Shown piece by piece: positions 35,023 through 47,751 of a stretch of DNA of 62,692 bases. Both the position numbers and the translations under genes were made by a program. Positions within the stretch are counted from its first letter, which is position 1. Every line of letters begins with the position of its first letter. Origin of the DNA: Nemertoderma westbladi (lineage: Eukaryota > Animalia > Xenacoelomorpha); contig JAUCBJ010008127.1 of assembly GCA_032718475.1 (NCBI GenBank), positions 1 to 62,692 of the forward strand. The letters are read 5' to 3'. A model generated the notes under the pieces. It saw only the letters and a program-made list of their open reading frames with translations, did no database searches and was not told where the DNA came from.

Positions 35023-36642
35023 TAACATATGGAGTGGGCGTGTGACTATATCATTTTATATTTGTTTTTATTTTATATTTATGTATGTATTATTATGTAA
35101 TTTTATTATAATCGTTTTATTTAATTTTATTTAGTAGAATGTTATTTTAGATTATTTAGTAGGTTAGTGCAATATATTAGTGTTTATTACGTAATTACAC
35201 ATAATATATATTTAGTGTGACGGCGAGAAATAATTCTTTCTTTTTCCTTACTGTCCGTATTATATTATAAATACGAGACTATAGTAAGATGACATGTCAG
35301 TACTTATTAAAGTACAATAAAGCTCCTACTATATTCAAGTATTATTGGTAGGCAGAGTATTAGGAATGCAAAGTTCAGATCCTCGTGTCTCGGCTAAACC
35401 AAGCTTTGGGTAGACCTTGGAAACGACTTGCCTCTTCGCACTGACATTGCTTCGTGCGATATTGCTCTCATACCATATATAATAATACATATAGTAGCGT
35501 GATGTCCCTATAACAGTAGCGTAAAACGCAAATAAATCTGTTAAAACTTTTGACCATCTGTAATTCTAGTCGATTAAGATATCGCGGCACCCACCGATAT
35601 ATTTGAAAGACAAATTCTAGAATCAGTGGTTAACGTCCCCAGACAAGTTCTGGAATAAATCGGTGCCTATCTTAAATATTAACTTAATATTTATTAAAAT
35701 CTGTAAAATTCAGATCCTTTAAAATTTCTAGTCAATTAAGATATCGCAGCACTTACCGATACTCTTAAAAGACAATTTTCATAGAATTAAGGATCCTATG
35801 TCCCCAGACCTGCTCTGGAATCAAATTGTGTCAATTGTACTATCAAATAATAAAATTCACGGGAATAAATTTAAATTCATATTTTAAATGAATTTCATAA
35901 ATTGTCATTTTGTGCAATTTATAACATTCCCAAAATTCCATTAATTAATAGATCATGGGAGCGGAGATTCATCCTATTGAGTGTATTAGAGTGCGAGAAT
36001 CTCCAACATATAGTCAATAGCCGATAAAATTAATAAAATCATGTATAAAGAGGATATTGACAATTAAAGAATTACTATTAAATAGCATTCCAGATCTGTA
36101 TGCATGAGAATTACCCTAATTCTACCGCTAGCTTTCCATAATGTCACTATAGCAACACCCACGCTAGAATTAGAAGCAAGTTAAAAGAACAATAGAAAGC
36201 TTGTCACATTGCATAGCATAGAGAATACATAGCACACTGTTAGTATCCAAAGATACACAGTAATAACGTGACATTCTGGAAGGCACTGACTAACGGACAA
36301 ATGGCCTGTATGTGTACAATTGGTGACAGTTGTGTGGAATTTGTGCGTTTATAGGTGAATGTTACTGCTAAAGTATGTTTACAGTAGCTAGTCGCAATTG
36401 TGAAAGTAGCCCAACTCTCCTATAGAAAGAACCTAAAGTGGATTCAAGCCTTTGGGACGGACAGTGGAGTGACTTGTGCCGGTTATCGTTGTCGTGATGT
36501 TGCTACATGTTGGCGTAAACACCGCGACGACGGTACATCGGCGCTGAGAATCCCACTGTCCGGGGGCAAAGAGAGGTAGGCAGCGACGTCCGCTCGCCTA
36601 AACATAAACTCATTTCGATATTGATAAACTCAGATAGCAGAT

Positions 36643-37041
36643 ATGACGGAGTTGATAGAAGATGATCTTGGTATCAGGGAGCGATATACTCTACCTTTAC
36701 AAGCATTTGTGGATAGCTTGATACGCGGTGAAACCGATCCAACCATTATGGAGGACGATGGTCGTTATATCGAACCGCCGATGTCCCAAGAGCAACTTAC
36801 GCGTGAATTGGACTATCGAAAATTCACCGCTCGCTATACGCATCGTAATAGTACGTATATGGACTTCCTAACTACCGGCCATCCTATCGATTTACATGAT
36901 ACGGACGATGTAGACACCGAAAGGGAAATGGTTCTATTTAAATATCATACCCAGCGGAGTCGTAACTATAAACCGAGAATAGATCACGAAAATTCTATTC
37001 GTAACAGACTGGGAAGACGAACCAATATGCCTAGAATCTGA
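36643..37041 (+). CDS. Accessory ORF-a N-terminus (deleted form), unknown function
   Basis: Conserved with 12450 and 47752; joined by deletion to the start of ORF-d. Confidence 0.65.
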   Translation: MTELIEDDLGIRERYTLPLQAFVDSLIRGETDPTIMEDDGRYIEPPMSQEQLTRELDYRKFTARYTHRNSTYMDFLTTGHPIDLHDTDDVDTEREMVLFKYHTQRSRNYKPRIDHENSIRNRLGRRTNMPRI

Positions 37042-38090
37042 GGAGATTCAGCCTATCGCGCCCGGAACAGCGACAACGATTACATCCTAGAATGGTTTCA
37101 AGGTCCACAGTGTCTCACTGCGTACGACTATCGCCATGCCAACTATGTTTCTCGGCAACGTTGTCGGTTATGCGCATCGAGAGACCATGTTACGCCCATG
37201 GACACAAACGTCCGCTGTTCCTATTTCCACGAACAACCGGCGATGGAAATTTATTGTGCGTATTGCAGACTCAATAACTTGCACATTTTTTCGGTTGCCC
37301 TCAATTTATGACTCAATGTCACCATTGTCAACTAAAGGGACACGCCAGTTTCGATTGCCCTTTTAATCACGATTTGGAAAGCGTAGATGAAATGATCACA
37401 CTACGTTACATCAGAGCTTGGGAAGCGAATGCTGATTTACATTGTGATTCGCGCCATCGCTATTATCCTGGACGCGCTTACGAAGGAGTTTATGCGTTCC
37501 ATCCTTATCTATTCGCTTCTGTCGAACAGAAATCACGCATATCGAGTTACGAACTACTGAAGCGCGTCGGAGAATGTATTTCAACCAAGTTCGTACGCAA
37601 ATTTCTTAGGAGTGTTAATCCTAGCGACCTTCATTCCTATAACTTAATCAATTATATCCGTCAGGATCCGGGCTATGGAGACTTATTTGTTAACTCACAC
37701 CCCGAGTTACAGGAAGTATATCGACGGCCTTACGAATACAGAGCCCGCGAACGCGAGTTGGAAAGAACCATTAAACCCAGGAAGTTTCTGACTGCCTATG
37801 GTCCACCCACGGCTCTCGTTCAGACCACTCGTAAAGGACCCGTAAGAGCGGACGTCCTAAAACGCGCTCTAAAGGCTGTTAGACCCCTCTCTCCCGACGT
37901 TGATGTCAACCAACCCGGCACTTCGACCGGCGGATACACCGACCATAATCCTACACCCTCTGATGCAATCATATTGCACCCTTCACCCAGGAGTTATAGC
38001 CCTCCTTGTAAAGTGGCTCGCCCCAAAGAGAAAAAGACTCTGGCCAGCTTTAAAAAACTGCGTAAACGCCGTCCGCGCAAGAAAGACTAA
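37027..38090 (+). CDS. Accessory ORF-d: multi-zinc-knuckle protein with basic C-terminal tail (N-part interrupted; 37308-38090 open)
   Basis: CRLCASRDH..C; CAYCRLNNLH(fs)GC; canonical CX2CX4HX4C in CHHCQLKGHASFDC; ends KKLRKRRPRKKD. Confidence 0.7.
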
Positions 38091-38168
38091 CTGTTTAGAG
38101 TATTTACGTATATTAGAAACTGTGATTTTGTATATTTTATAGACTCAAATCCCATTTTCTGGGAGCGG

Positions 38169-39374
38169 TGTAAAAGCTTTTGTGGGATATAACTGGCCCT
38201 TTTGCTTTGCAATCCAGTTTCCCCCCAGGCGCTGGAATACTCTAAAAAGCTCTCTAACTCGAATGATGCAAAGCGACCGGCTGATTGGCTGATTTGTTAT
38301 ACGAGGGGCTCCTTGCTATGTTCTATCGGCCAACCAGAGCTATAGCAGCAGAGTATGCAACCAGGGCAACCGAGCGGAGTGACTCATTTTGTGTGTTGGC
38401 CAAGGGTTGCAAAAATCCTGATAGTTCGGCATTTAGATATTCGTGGAATTTGTGGAATCTGGTGCTCTGCCAATGAGAGCTATTCCTCTCTGTGTAAAAA
38501 GATACAGTCAGAGAGTTTTGACTCACTCTCTGTTGTGTTGTTTTCTATCTAGGCCAGGAACACCGGCTCTAGAGTCAATTCGTTTCAGACTTTAGAAGAA
38601 ACATTAGTAGGCTTAGATTATAGAGCGTATAACTGTTATCAGTTCAGTCTTACATTATCGGTTCAACATACATTATTATACTGCTATTTACTGTTGTCAT
38701 TGTTTGTATCAGTTGGTTGAATATTAATACTTGGAGAACATCTATAAAGAACCCAAATTTCCCAATTTTCTTGATACACTACAGGTTAGAGAGACGGGTT
38801 ACATATAGCGATTGCGACTTATATTGTTGTGGTTTGTAGTGAATTTAATGCTATTTGATAAGCACTACATGAGTCAGTTTCTGTTCTCTTTATATATGAT
38901 AAAATTCATTGACGGTCGGCAAATTAGTGAGCAGTATTGTGCGTTACCGGTAGTGTGCATGATTGTGGCTGATAACTAAGCATTTCCTAAAGAATGCGCC
39001 TCATACGTGAATCATAAGCCTTACCTACTTACCGTTGTGTTTAGTATAAGTCATATCTCTGTTTACCTAGATAGAGCGCCACGTCCTAAAGGAACTGTTA
39101 ATATTTCCCGAAAGTGAATAATATTAGTCAGAAATTATTTATTAACGATCAATCGAATAATACAGTAAGCTTACACTGCAATAACAATCTAAGCCCTCCG
39201 AATCCAGTCTCCCGGGTATATCCAGCGGGTGAATGGACGCGCACTAGGCTGGCTTCGGCTAATGTTGTGTTTATTGGTATTAAATACTTGTCATTTTCTA
39301 AAGTCTATTTATAAACCAAAAGACATATAAATTTTGGCAGGTTAAACTGCTAAAGGTCTTCAAAAGCACGTACA
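38169..39374 (+). repeat. 3' LTR of B
   Basis: Direct repeat of 26887-28091. Confidence 0.95.
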
Positions 39375-42300
39375 CAGAGCAAGGTCAACCAAGCAGAGTG
39401 ATTCATCCTGTGTGTTGGCTAAGGGCTGCAAAAACCCGAATAGTTCGGCATTTCGACATTCGTGGACTCTGTGGAATATGGAACTCTGCCAATGAGAGCT
39501 TTTCCTCTTTGTGTTGAAAGCTACCTGCAACAGCTCACAGGGTTCAGTGTGTTGGTTTTTCCAGAGCCTAGAACATCGGCTATGGAATTATTCTGAATTA
39601 TTCCAACATTAGAACGGCTTTAATTATAAGAACACATAACTGTTACCGGTACGGTATGGTACCTACTGCTGTATTGCACATTATTTACTGCTATTTACTG
39701 TTTGTTATTAATTGTATCAGTTGTTTACATATTGTTATTTGGAGAATAACGATAAACGATCAGAAACCCCGATCTTCTTGATACACTAAGGTTAGAGAGA
39801 CCGGTTACATATAGCAATTGCGACTTATATTATCGTGGTTTGTAGTGAATTGAATGCTATTTTATAGGCCCTACAAATGTCGGTTGCTATTCTCTTTATA
39901 TATGATTAAAATCAGTGACTATCGGCAATTCAGTGTGCAGCGGTGTGCAATAGTCTGTATGTGCTTGTCCGCGTAACAAAGCATCTCCTAAAGAATGCGC
40001 CTTATGTGTAACTTATAATCCATTCCGTTGTGTTTAGTGTAAGCCATAGCTCTGTTTATATAGATAGAGCGCCACGTCCTAAAGGAACTGCTAATATTTC
40101 CCGAAAGTGAATGATATTTGTCAGGAATTATATTAACGATCAATCGAATAGTACGGTAGGCCTGCACCGCAATCAAATTAAAGCATCCGAATCCAGTCTC
40201 CCGGGTATATCCAGCGGGTGAATGGTCGCGCATAGACTGGCTTCGGCTAATGTTGGATTTATTTGTGTCAAATACTTGTCATAGGCTAAAGTCGATTTAT
40301 AACCTAGAAGACATATAGATTTGGCGGGTTAAACTGCCAAAGGTCTTAAAAGCGTGAACAGTAACAGTTATTAATTCTGATTGCAGTGTAGGCAATAAAT
40401 AGAGTTTACTATTGTTCTGGTAAGAACAATAACGGTTATTGCTTCTTTATTGCCGTAAGCAATAAAGCTGAAGTACCGGTCGACCGGTAACCTGTAGGCC
40501 TAACTACCTAACCACCGGAACCGGTACTTACAGCAGTATACTGGTATAGGTACATCAGTATTATTTCGATTGTGATATATTGTATATTGTAGGCTGTTAG
40601 GGGATTAGGGATTGATCACCCCTTATTCCTTTGCATGGTTTACTTATTTCTGTCAGTTTTATTTACTAGTAGGCTAATATTGAGCAGAAGACGTGTAAGC
40701 CTGCTCAGATCGTACAGATAATTTGTGGGCTGGACTGTTGTCTGACTGTTGATAGGTCTGAACGGATTGCAGTGCATGTAGAGTGTATGTCCGATAAAGT
40801 GCCGGTTAGGAACGTATGGGCAGCTAGAGCTGTAAGGTAAACCCCCCCCCCCCCCCCCCCCCGAAAGAATAAGTCGTACTACTAGGTTAGAACGCATACT
40901 AACTAACCATTTCGGAGTCTGCATGTCCTGTAGTTTATTTAGGCTTGATAGTAGTCTGCCAGCGTTTGGTCTGTACTTTGTTTGTGTAGTCTGTACAGGT
41001 ACCGTAATATTTCTTATTCAGATAATTTATAGGCTAGATTGTTGTCTGGCTGTTGTTAGGTCTGAAGAGATTGTGGTATGTGTAGAGTGTATGTCCGATA
41101 AAGTGCCGGTTAGGAAAGTAGGGGCATCTAGAGCTGTAAGGTAAATCCCCCCCGAAAGAATAAGTCGTACTACTCGGTTAGAACGCATACTAACTAACCA
41201 TTTCGGAGTCTGCACATACTGTAGTTTATTTAGGCTTGATAGTAGTCTGCCAGCGTTTGGTTTGTATTTTGTTTGAGTAGTTTGTACGGGTAGCGTAATA
41301 TTTATTATTCAGAGTTTATGCGATTATTCGCAACATTCATAACCCCAAGTTTATTCTCACAGTAATTGTGCTTGTTATACATACCGTTATAGTTAAATTA
41401 ACCCCGGTACTACATAAGGGCTGCTTGGCGTAGGTAAAGACTGGTGATTTTGTGCCCCGGTCACTCCAGCAGATGCCGTGGTTCCTTTAGCTGTACAAGT
41501 ATTTCTAACTGCTAGTTATTTGTTGTACAAGTACTTGTACCTAATTTGGGGTTTAGTGTACAGTGCTTTCCGAAGGTAATTAGTGTGTAGGCAGTATATT
41601 TGTGTTGTAAAGTGGTTAATAGGCACGTTGGCTCTGGTAGGCCGCGGTAATTAACTTCCAGGTAGGGACACTCCGTGATACATAACGTAGTACTTATAGC
41701 GATACGGCTATAAGTCGTCAGACGGTGGTATTTTTCCTATCTGGACAACGTAATATATTTACTACTGGTTTATTATTTTCAAATACCGTAATATCCTGTC
41801 CGTTGTAATAACCAGATTTTCTAACCCTTTGTTAGGCTGGTTTGTAGATTCCCTGTAAAATTACCCTAAAAATTCGTATTTGTAATTTTTGTGTTTATTT
41901 AGAGATGGTAATCTCACCCCGAATTGTACGTAATTTGTAGTATTAAGTAACTTAGGTAAATTAGAATTATTTGTTTTAGTGTCCAACAAGTAGCACTTCA
42001 CTGAGAGCGCACAGCTTCTGTGTAGTGACTCCTCCCCAGAAATAATAACATTTATTTCAAATATTGACAAAAACCCATTAAAACGGGTATATATATTATA
42101 AATCAACTCAAACGATTTATAAATAGTAGGCCTGCCATACAACAACTAGGTCTCAATATCAGTTGGACTACTGCTCAAATAACGGTAATAAAGTAAGTTA
42201 AAGTAACCAAGTAACCCCTAAAATTCAGAAATTCAATTATTCTAAAATAATTGATATACCGGTATTTACAATAGGCTTATTATATTTATTTCTATAAATT

Positions 42301-42645
42301 TAGGCGGCAATTATACCGGTATTCTGTAATTAATTCTAGTCCATAATTATACTTATATATACTATAAGTGTAAGCTGTATACCGGTATTCACGATAGGCC
42401 TATTATATATTTATATATATTTGTGCTGAAATTACATACCGGTATTCTGTGACAAATCTAGTCAGTAATAATACTTATATATATACTATAAGTGTATACC
42501 GGTATTCTAATATATTGTGTATATATATTAAGTTGCACTGAGTGACGATATCAGTAATTAATTACTAGGCTAATAGTTGATACTGAATTACTAGACTTGC
42601 TTTAACTGTAATATAGCAGTAGGCATTCAACTGTACAAATCTAAT

Positions 42646-45600
42646 ATGTCTGACACAAAACGGGCACTGTCAGATAGTCTTTTGAAAGGTGTTAGAATGA
42701 GTCTTCGACTTGGACAGTGTCTTGAAAGGATAGAAGACAGAAAAGAAGCGGAAAGAAAAGTAGCAGCGGCAGAAGTGGAAAGAAAAGCGGCAGAGGCAGT
42801 GACAGAAGCAGAACGGAAGGCGTCTGAAGCGACTACCCAACTAGAGCTGGAAAACCTTCAGGCGAAACAAGATTACTTGAAGAAACAAACCAGAAGACAG
42901 GGATTTGCCTCCTCCGATGAAGGTGATATAAGAGATCCCGAAGGTAGAGGTAATAAATCTCGTTCAAGCGGACGTAGACGGATGCTCAAGTGGACGGTAC
43001 CTCCTGAGGTGAGAATGCAACTGGATAGTGTAGACTATCCAGTGTATTACAGAACTCGCTGTGGTACAGAACCCACAGACCAAATTATTACAGTAGAAAG
43101 ACTCCCTACTATAGTAGATGAGCCTGAAATAATTAGGCCTGTTCTCGAAGCCACCCCTTCGGTGATAGAGACACCTGTACTCCCAGAACCTACCTCTAAA
43201 TTCCCTTTGCACAGCACGAAACTACCTGTGCCCAGTAGGACTGTTCCCGAGTCCGAACCCATCCTGGACGCCGAGCGAGATATCAAGAATTTATCGCCCG
43301 TCGTCTCTCGCTTGCCCGCTACTACGTTGGCGACTCCCGCTTCGGCGGTCGAGTGGGTAGCTGAGGGACGACGGGAGATGGGTCTCCTGCTCGGGCAGCT
43401 GAGGGAACATTGTAAATGTTCCTCCCAGCAGGTCCGGGAGTTGGAAGGGACTGTTCAGCAGTTAAAGGGAGCAGTAAGAGAGGGTAGGTTAGCGTTGCAA
43501 GAAGTGCAGCAAAGTATCGCGTTAGAACGCGATAAGTTAGTAAATTTACAAAAGGGTATACCACCACCCTCTGTAACAATGTGTCAACCTGTTAGGTCTG
43601 AAGTATTTCATGCGCAAGGTGTGGAGCCTACACGCATCTATACTGCTAGTGAAGTAGAAACTCCTATAGTAAACCCTATTAAGGGTAATTATAAACCTGT
43701 TGACAGTGATATTCCATATAGACTTGATAATAATCCGAGAAATTTATATACCGATAACTCGATATTAAATAATACGATGGCCCAAGAAAGTTTTACGCGT
43801 CAAATGGCTAGAACCGAAGCCCGTCAAGCGGTAAAGATGGGAGAGATCGTCAAGTTCAATGGAGATGAGATGAAATGGTTACCTTTTAATGAATATTACA
43901 AAGATAACATACAGAACTCCGTGTTATCTAACGGAGAAAAGCTTAGATTCCTCATCGAGTGCTTGGAAGGATCTCCCAAGTTAATGGCGTTAAAGTTTAT
44001 TGGACATCCAGATGGATTAAGACAAGTTTGGGATACACTAAACATCAGGTATGGTAATAGGACTAACATAGCTAGGTATTTATATGCGAAATTAATGGCG
44101 CCCCGAAAGTTTCTTAGCAGCGGGATTATAGAGTTTTCCGACGAGATTCAAGAGATCTGTAGACAACTAGATTGGTTAGGTAAGTCTCATGAATACCAGA
44201 ATTCTATGGTTGTAGGAGCCTTAGCATCTACTTTGCCCAAGGGTGGAGTAGGTACACGCTGGGACAAGAAAGTGTTATATATGATGGAACAACAACGAAG
44301 AGACCCTACCATGGCTGATCTCATGTCATTCTTAGATGGAGAGGTAAAATTACAGCTCCTAAAGCAGTCCAGAGAGAAGACACCGGAAAATAAGGTAAGT
44401 GAGAAACCCGTTTCTAGGAGAAAGGTAATACCAGTGTGTTATACAGACGACGGCGAAAGCCAGGCTTCTCAAGAGGAAGACAGCGGGAAAGACACTGAAA
44501 GATCTTACTATGACAACAAAGCGCCTAAGGACGTAAGTAAATTCAAGTCTCGAACCAATGACAGGAGAGAACAGGTAAGAAAAACTCCTCCTACGTCTCC
44601 TAAGAGAATTCATGTAAGAAAGCCCGAGGAAAGAACGAGTGTGCACAACGTTACCCAAAGTAAGGTAAGTAACATCAAACCAAAATGTGTGCTGTGTGAC
44701 GGGCCCCACCGTTTAAGTGCGTGTGATGAATTCCTGAGGAAATCACTAAAGGACAGACGTGAAGTCATGTGGGATAAGCGGTTGTGTTATAATTGCCTCA
44801 GACGAGGACACCAACGGCGAACCTGTTACTCCGACGCAAGGTGTGCAAAGTGCGGCGCAAAACATCATATCTTGTTGCACACTGAATTCGATCGAAACAG
44901 CCCGAGTCAGGTAAGTGAGTCCGAACTACATGTCCAATTCAGTGATGTGAACGACACTGACCAAAGTTCTGAGATGGAAGGATTCTATACGGACGAATTC
45001 TCCGACGAAAACGAATCCTGTTACCTGATAAATACCGCAGTGTATCGAGCACTTACGTATGAAAAGGACACCGACAGCGAGCTCCCCCTAACTACTTCTG
45101 ACCGACAACCATCTTGGAAAGCACCAACTTCCAATGTAGGAATCCGAGAATTTCCTGTAGTGCAATTAAGGGTCCACGGACCTAAAAGGAGTTATATAGT
45201 GAACGCCCTCCTTGACTCCGGTAGCACAGGAACATTCATCGACAAAGAACTAGCCGAAGACATCTTTGCTGGACAACCCAAGTTCCGAACTAAGTTAAAC
45301 ATGTCAGGAATTATGCAGGTTTGGAAATCTACAGTAATAGCGGATTATTATGTAGGTGCGTTGTCCACCCCCCAGGATGAACTAGGAGAACATAGTATAA
45401 GGTCAGTAAAAATGGTGGCGATAAAGAACTTCGCTACCAGCCAAGTAGAACCTTATAACTGGGATGAGGACGATTCCACCCAGCAGCTTAATATACCTAG
45501 ATTCAACACAGATTACCCTGGAGTGCAAATACTCATCGGCCAAAATGCGCATGAAGCGCTTGAGACATTGGAGAAACGGCCTGCTCAACCGCAACCACTA

Positions 45601-46116
45601 CAAGCCTATGCGGGAAGAACTAGAGTAGGTTGGTACTTTACTGGCCCTTCACGTAGAACTCTAATGGAAAGATTACCAAAAGAACAGGTATATCAATTAA
45701 GTGAATGGGAAGTGGAGAGCAGTGAAGTTGACGACCCAACTGAGGGAACACCATACTCCTCAGATAATGACGATATTAACTCCAATGTAGATCAATGGAG
45801 ACATTGCCCCGAGACGATTAATCTAGCCGACATCGCTTCCAGAGGAGCAACTCCTCAAGAACTGACAGATACTCCAGACCGGTTAGGTGGACCCGACTTC
45901 CTAAGTAAAGAAGATGAATGGCCTCCTCATCTTACCCCGGCGAAGATTAGACAGGCCAAGGGAGCGGAGAAAGTAACACAACCACTCAATCGCCCAGCTG
46001 GTCGTTTATGTTTACTGGAAAGAGACCGAAAACTGTCCGGAAACTATGGAAGGCAAGATACTCTTCCCACGACCACCTCCCTAATCCAACAAATATCTAG
46101 GGACTCCATAACGTAA
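42646..46116 (+). CDS. gag: Uninterrupted Gag-protease ORF of A (1156 aa) with the same RNase H/integrase-tail remnants
   Basis: Same domains and the same two deletion junctions as B. Confidence 0.92.
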   Translation: MSDTKRALSDSLLKGVRMSLRLGQCLERIEDRKEAERKVAAAEVERKAAEAVTEAERKASEATTQLELENLQAKQDYLKKQTRRQGFASSDEGDIRDPEGRGNKSRSSGRRRMLKWTVPPEVRMQLDSVDYPVYYRTRCGTEPTDQIITVERLPTIVDEPEIIRPVLEATPSVIETPVLPEPTSKFPLHSTKLPVPSRTVPESEPILDAERDIKNLSPVVSRLPATTLATPASAVEWVAEGRREMGLLLGQLREHCKCSSQQVRELEGTVQQLKGAVREGRLALQEVQQSIALERDKLVNLQKGIPPPSVTMCQPVRSEVFHAQGVEPTRIYTASEVETPIVNPIKGNYKPVDSDIPYRLDNNPRNLYTDNSILNNTMAQESFTRQMARTEARQAVKMGEIVKFNGDEMKWLPFNEYYKDNIQNSVLSNGEKLRFLIECLEGSPKLMALKFIGHPDGLRQVWDTLNIRYGNRTNIARYLYAKLMAPRKFLSSGIIEFSDEIQEICRQLDWLGKSHEYQNSMVVGALASTLPKGGVGTRWDKKVLYMMEQQRRDPTMADLMSFLDGEVKLQLLKQSREKTPENKVSEKPVSRRKVIPVCYTDDGESQASQEEDSGKDTERSYYDNKAPKDVSKFKSRTNDRREQVRKTPPTSPKRIHVRKPEERTSVHNVTQSKVSNIKPKCVLCDGPHRLSACDEFLRKSLKDRREVMWDKRLCYNCLRRGHQRRTCYSDARCAKCGAKHHILLHTEFDRNSPSQVSESELHVQFSDVNDTDQSSEMEGFYTDEFSDENESCYLINTAVYRALTYEKDTDSELPLTTSDRQPSWKAPTSNVGIREFPVVQLRVHGPKRSYIVNALLDSGSTGTFIDKELAEDIFAGQPKFRTKLNMSGIMQVWKSTVIADYYVGALSTPQDELGEHSIRSVKMVAIKNFATSQVEPYNWDEDDSTQQLNIPRFNTDYPGVQILIGQNAHEALETLEKRPAQPQPLQAYAGRTRVGWYFTGPSRRTLMERLPKEQVYQLSEWEVESSEVDDPTEGTPYSSDNDDINSNVDQWRHCPETINLADIASRGATPQELTDTPDRLGGPDFLSKEDEWPPHLTPAKIRQAKGAEKVTQPLNRPAGRLCLLERDRKLSGNYGRQDTLPTTTSLIQQISRDSIT

Positions 46117-47751
46117 CAACATACGGAGTGGGTGTGTGACTATATTATTTTATATTTATTTTTATTATTTTATATTATGTATGTATTATTATGTAATTTT
46201 ATTATAATCGTTTTCTTTAATTTTATTTAGTAGAATGTTATTTTAGCGATTATTTAGTAGATTAGTGCAATATATATTAGCGTTTATTACTTAATTACCT
46301 GTATATTATATTTAGTGCGACGGCGAGAAATAATTCTTTTTCTCTTTCCTTACTGTCCGTATTACATTATAAATACGTGACTACAGTAAGATGAAATATC
46401 CGTACTTATTAAAGTACAATAAAGCTCCTACTATATTCAAGTATTATTGGTAAGCAGAGTATTAGGAATGCAAAGTTCAGATCCTCGTGTCTCGGCTAAA
46501 CCAAGCTCTGGGTAGACCTTGGAAACGACTTGCCTCTTCTCACTGACATTGCTTCGTGCGATATTGCTCTCATACCGTATATTAAATAATACATATAGTA
46601 GCGTGATGTCCCTTTAACAGTAGCGTATAACGCAAAATAAATCTGTTAAACCCTTTGACCATCTGCAATTCTAGTCGATTAAGATATCGCGGCACCCACC
46701 GATATACTTGAAAGGCAAATTCTAGAATCAGTGGTTAACGTCCCCAGACAAGTTCTGGAATAAACTGGTGCCCATCCTAAATATTAATTATTAATATTTA
46801 CAAAATCTGTCAAATTTCAGATCCTTTAAAATTCTAGTCAATTAAGATATCGTAGCACTTACCGATACTCTTAAAAGGACAAATTTCCTAGAATCAAGGA
46901 TCCCAGTCCCCAGACATGCTCTGGAATAAAATTGTGTCTATTTAATATTAAATAATAAAATTTACGGGAATAAATTTAAATTCATATCTTTTAATGAATT
47001 TGATAAATTGTTATTTTATACAATTTATAACATTCCCAAAATTCCATTAATTAATAGATCATGGGAGCGGAGATTCACCCTATTAAGTATATTAGTGTGC
47101 GAGAATCTCCAATATATAGTCAATAGCCGACAAAATTCATAAAATCATGTATAAAGAGGAATATTGACAATTAAAGAATTACTATTAAATAGCATCCCAG
47201 ATCTGTATGCATGAGAATTACCCTAATTCTACCGCTAGCTTTCCATAATGTCACCATGGCAACAACCACGCTAGAATTAGAAGTGAGTTAAAAGAACAAT
47301 AAAGGCTTGCCCCATTGAATAGCATAAGGAATAAAATAGCACATTGCTAGTATCCCAGGATACCCAATAATAACGTGGCATTCTGGAAGGCACTGACTAA
47401 AGGACAAATGGCCCGAATATGTGCGGTTTGTGACAGTTGTGTGGAATTTGTGCGTTTATAGGTGAATGTTACTACTAAAGTGTGTTTACAGTAGCGAGTC
47501 GCAATTGTGAAAGTAGCCCTAACTCTCCAGTAAGAACCTGAAGTATATCTAAGCCTTTGGGACGGACGGTGGAGTGACTCGTGCTGGTTGTTGTGGTCGT
47601 TGTGCAGCTACGACGTTGGCGATAGGCACATCGGCGAAAGTACACCAGCGCTGAGGATCTTGCACTGTCCGGGGGCAGAGAGGGGTAGGCAGCGACGCCC
47701 GCTAGCCTAAATATAAACTCATTATAATATTAATAAACTCATATAGCAGAT

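Larger units (their letters stand above)
26887..39374 (+). mobile_element. Complete non-autonomous BEL/Pao element B (12.5 kb)
   Basis: TGT...ACA LTRs of 1205 and 1206 bp with about 6 differences seen by eye; 5-bp TSD CAGAG (26882-26886, 39375-39379); PPT GGGAGCGG at 38161. Confidence 0.95.
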
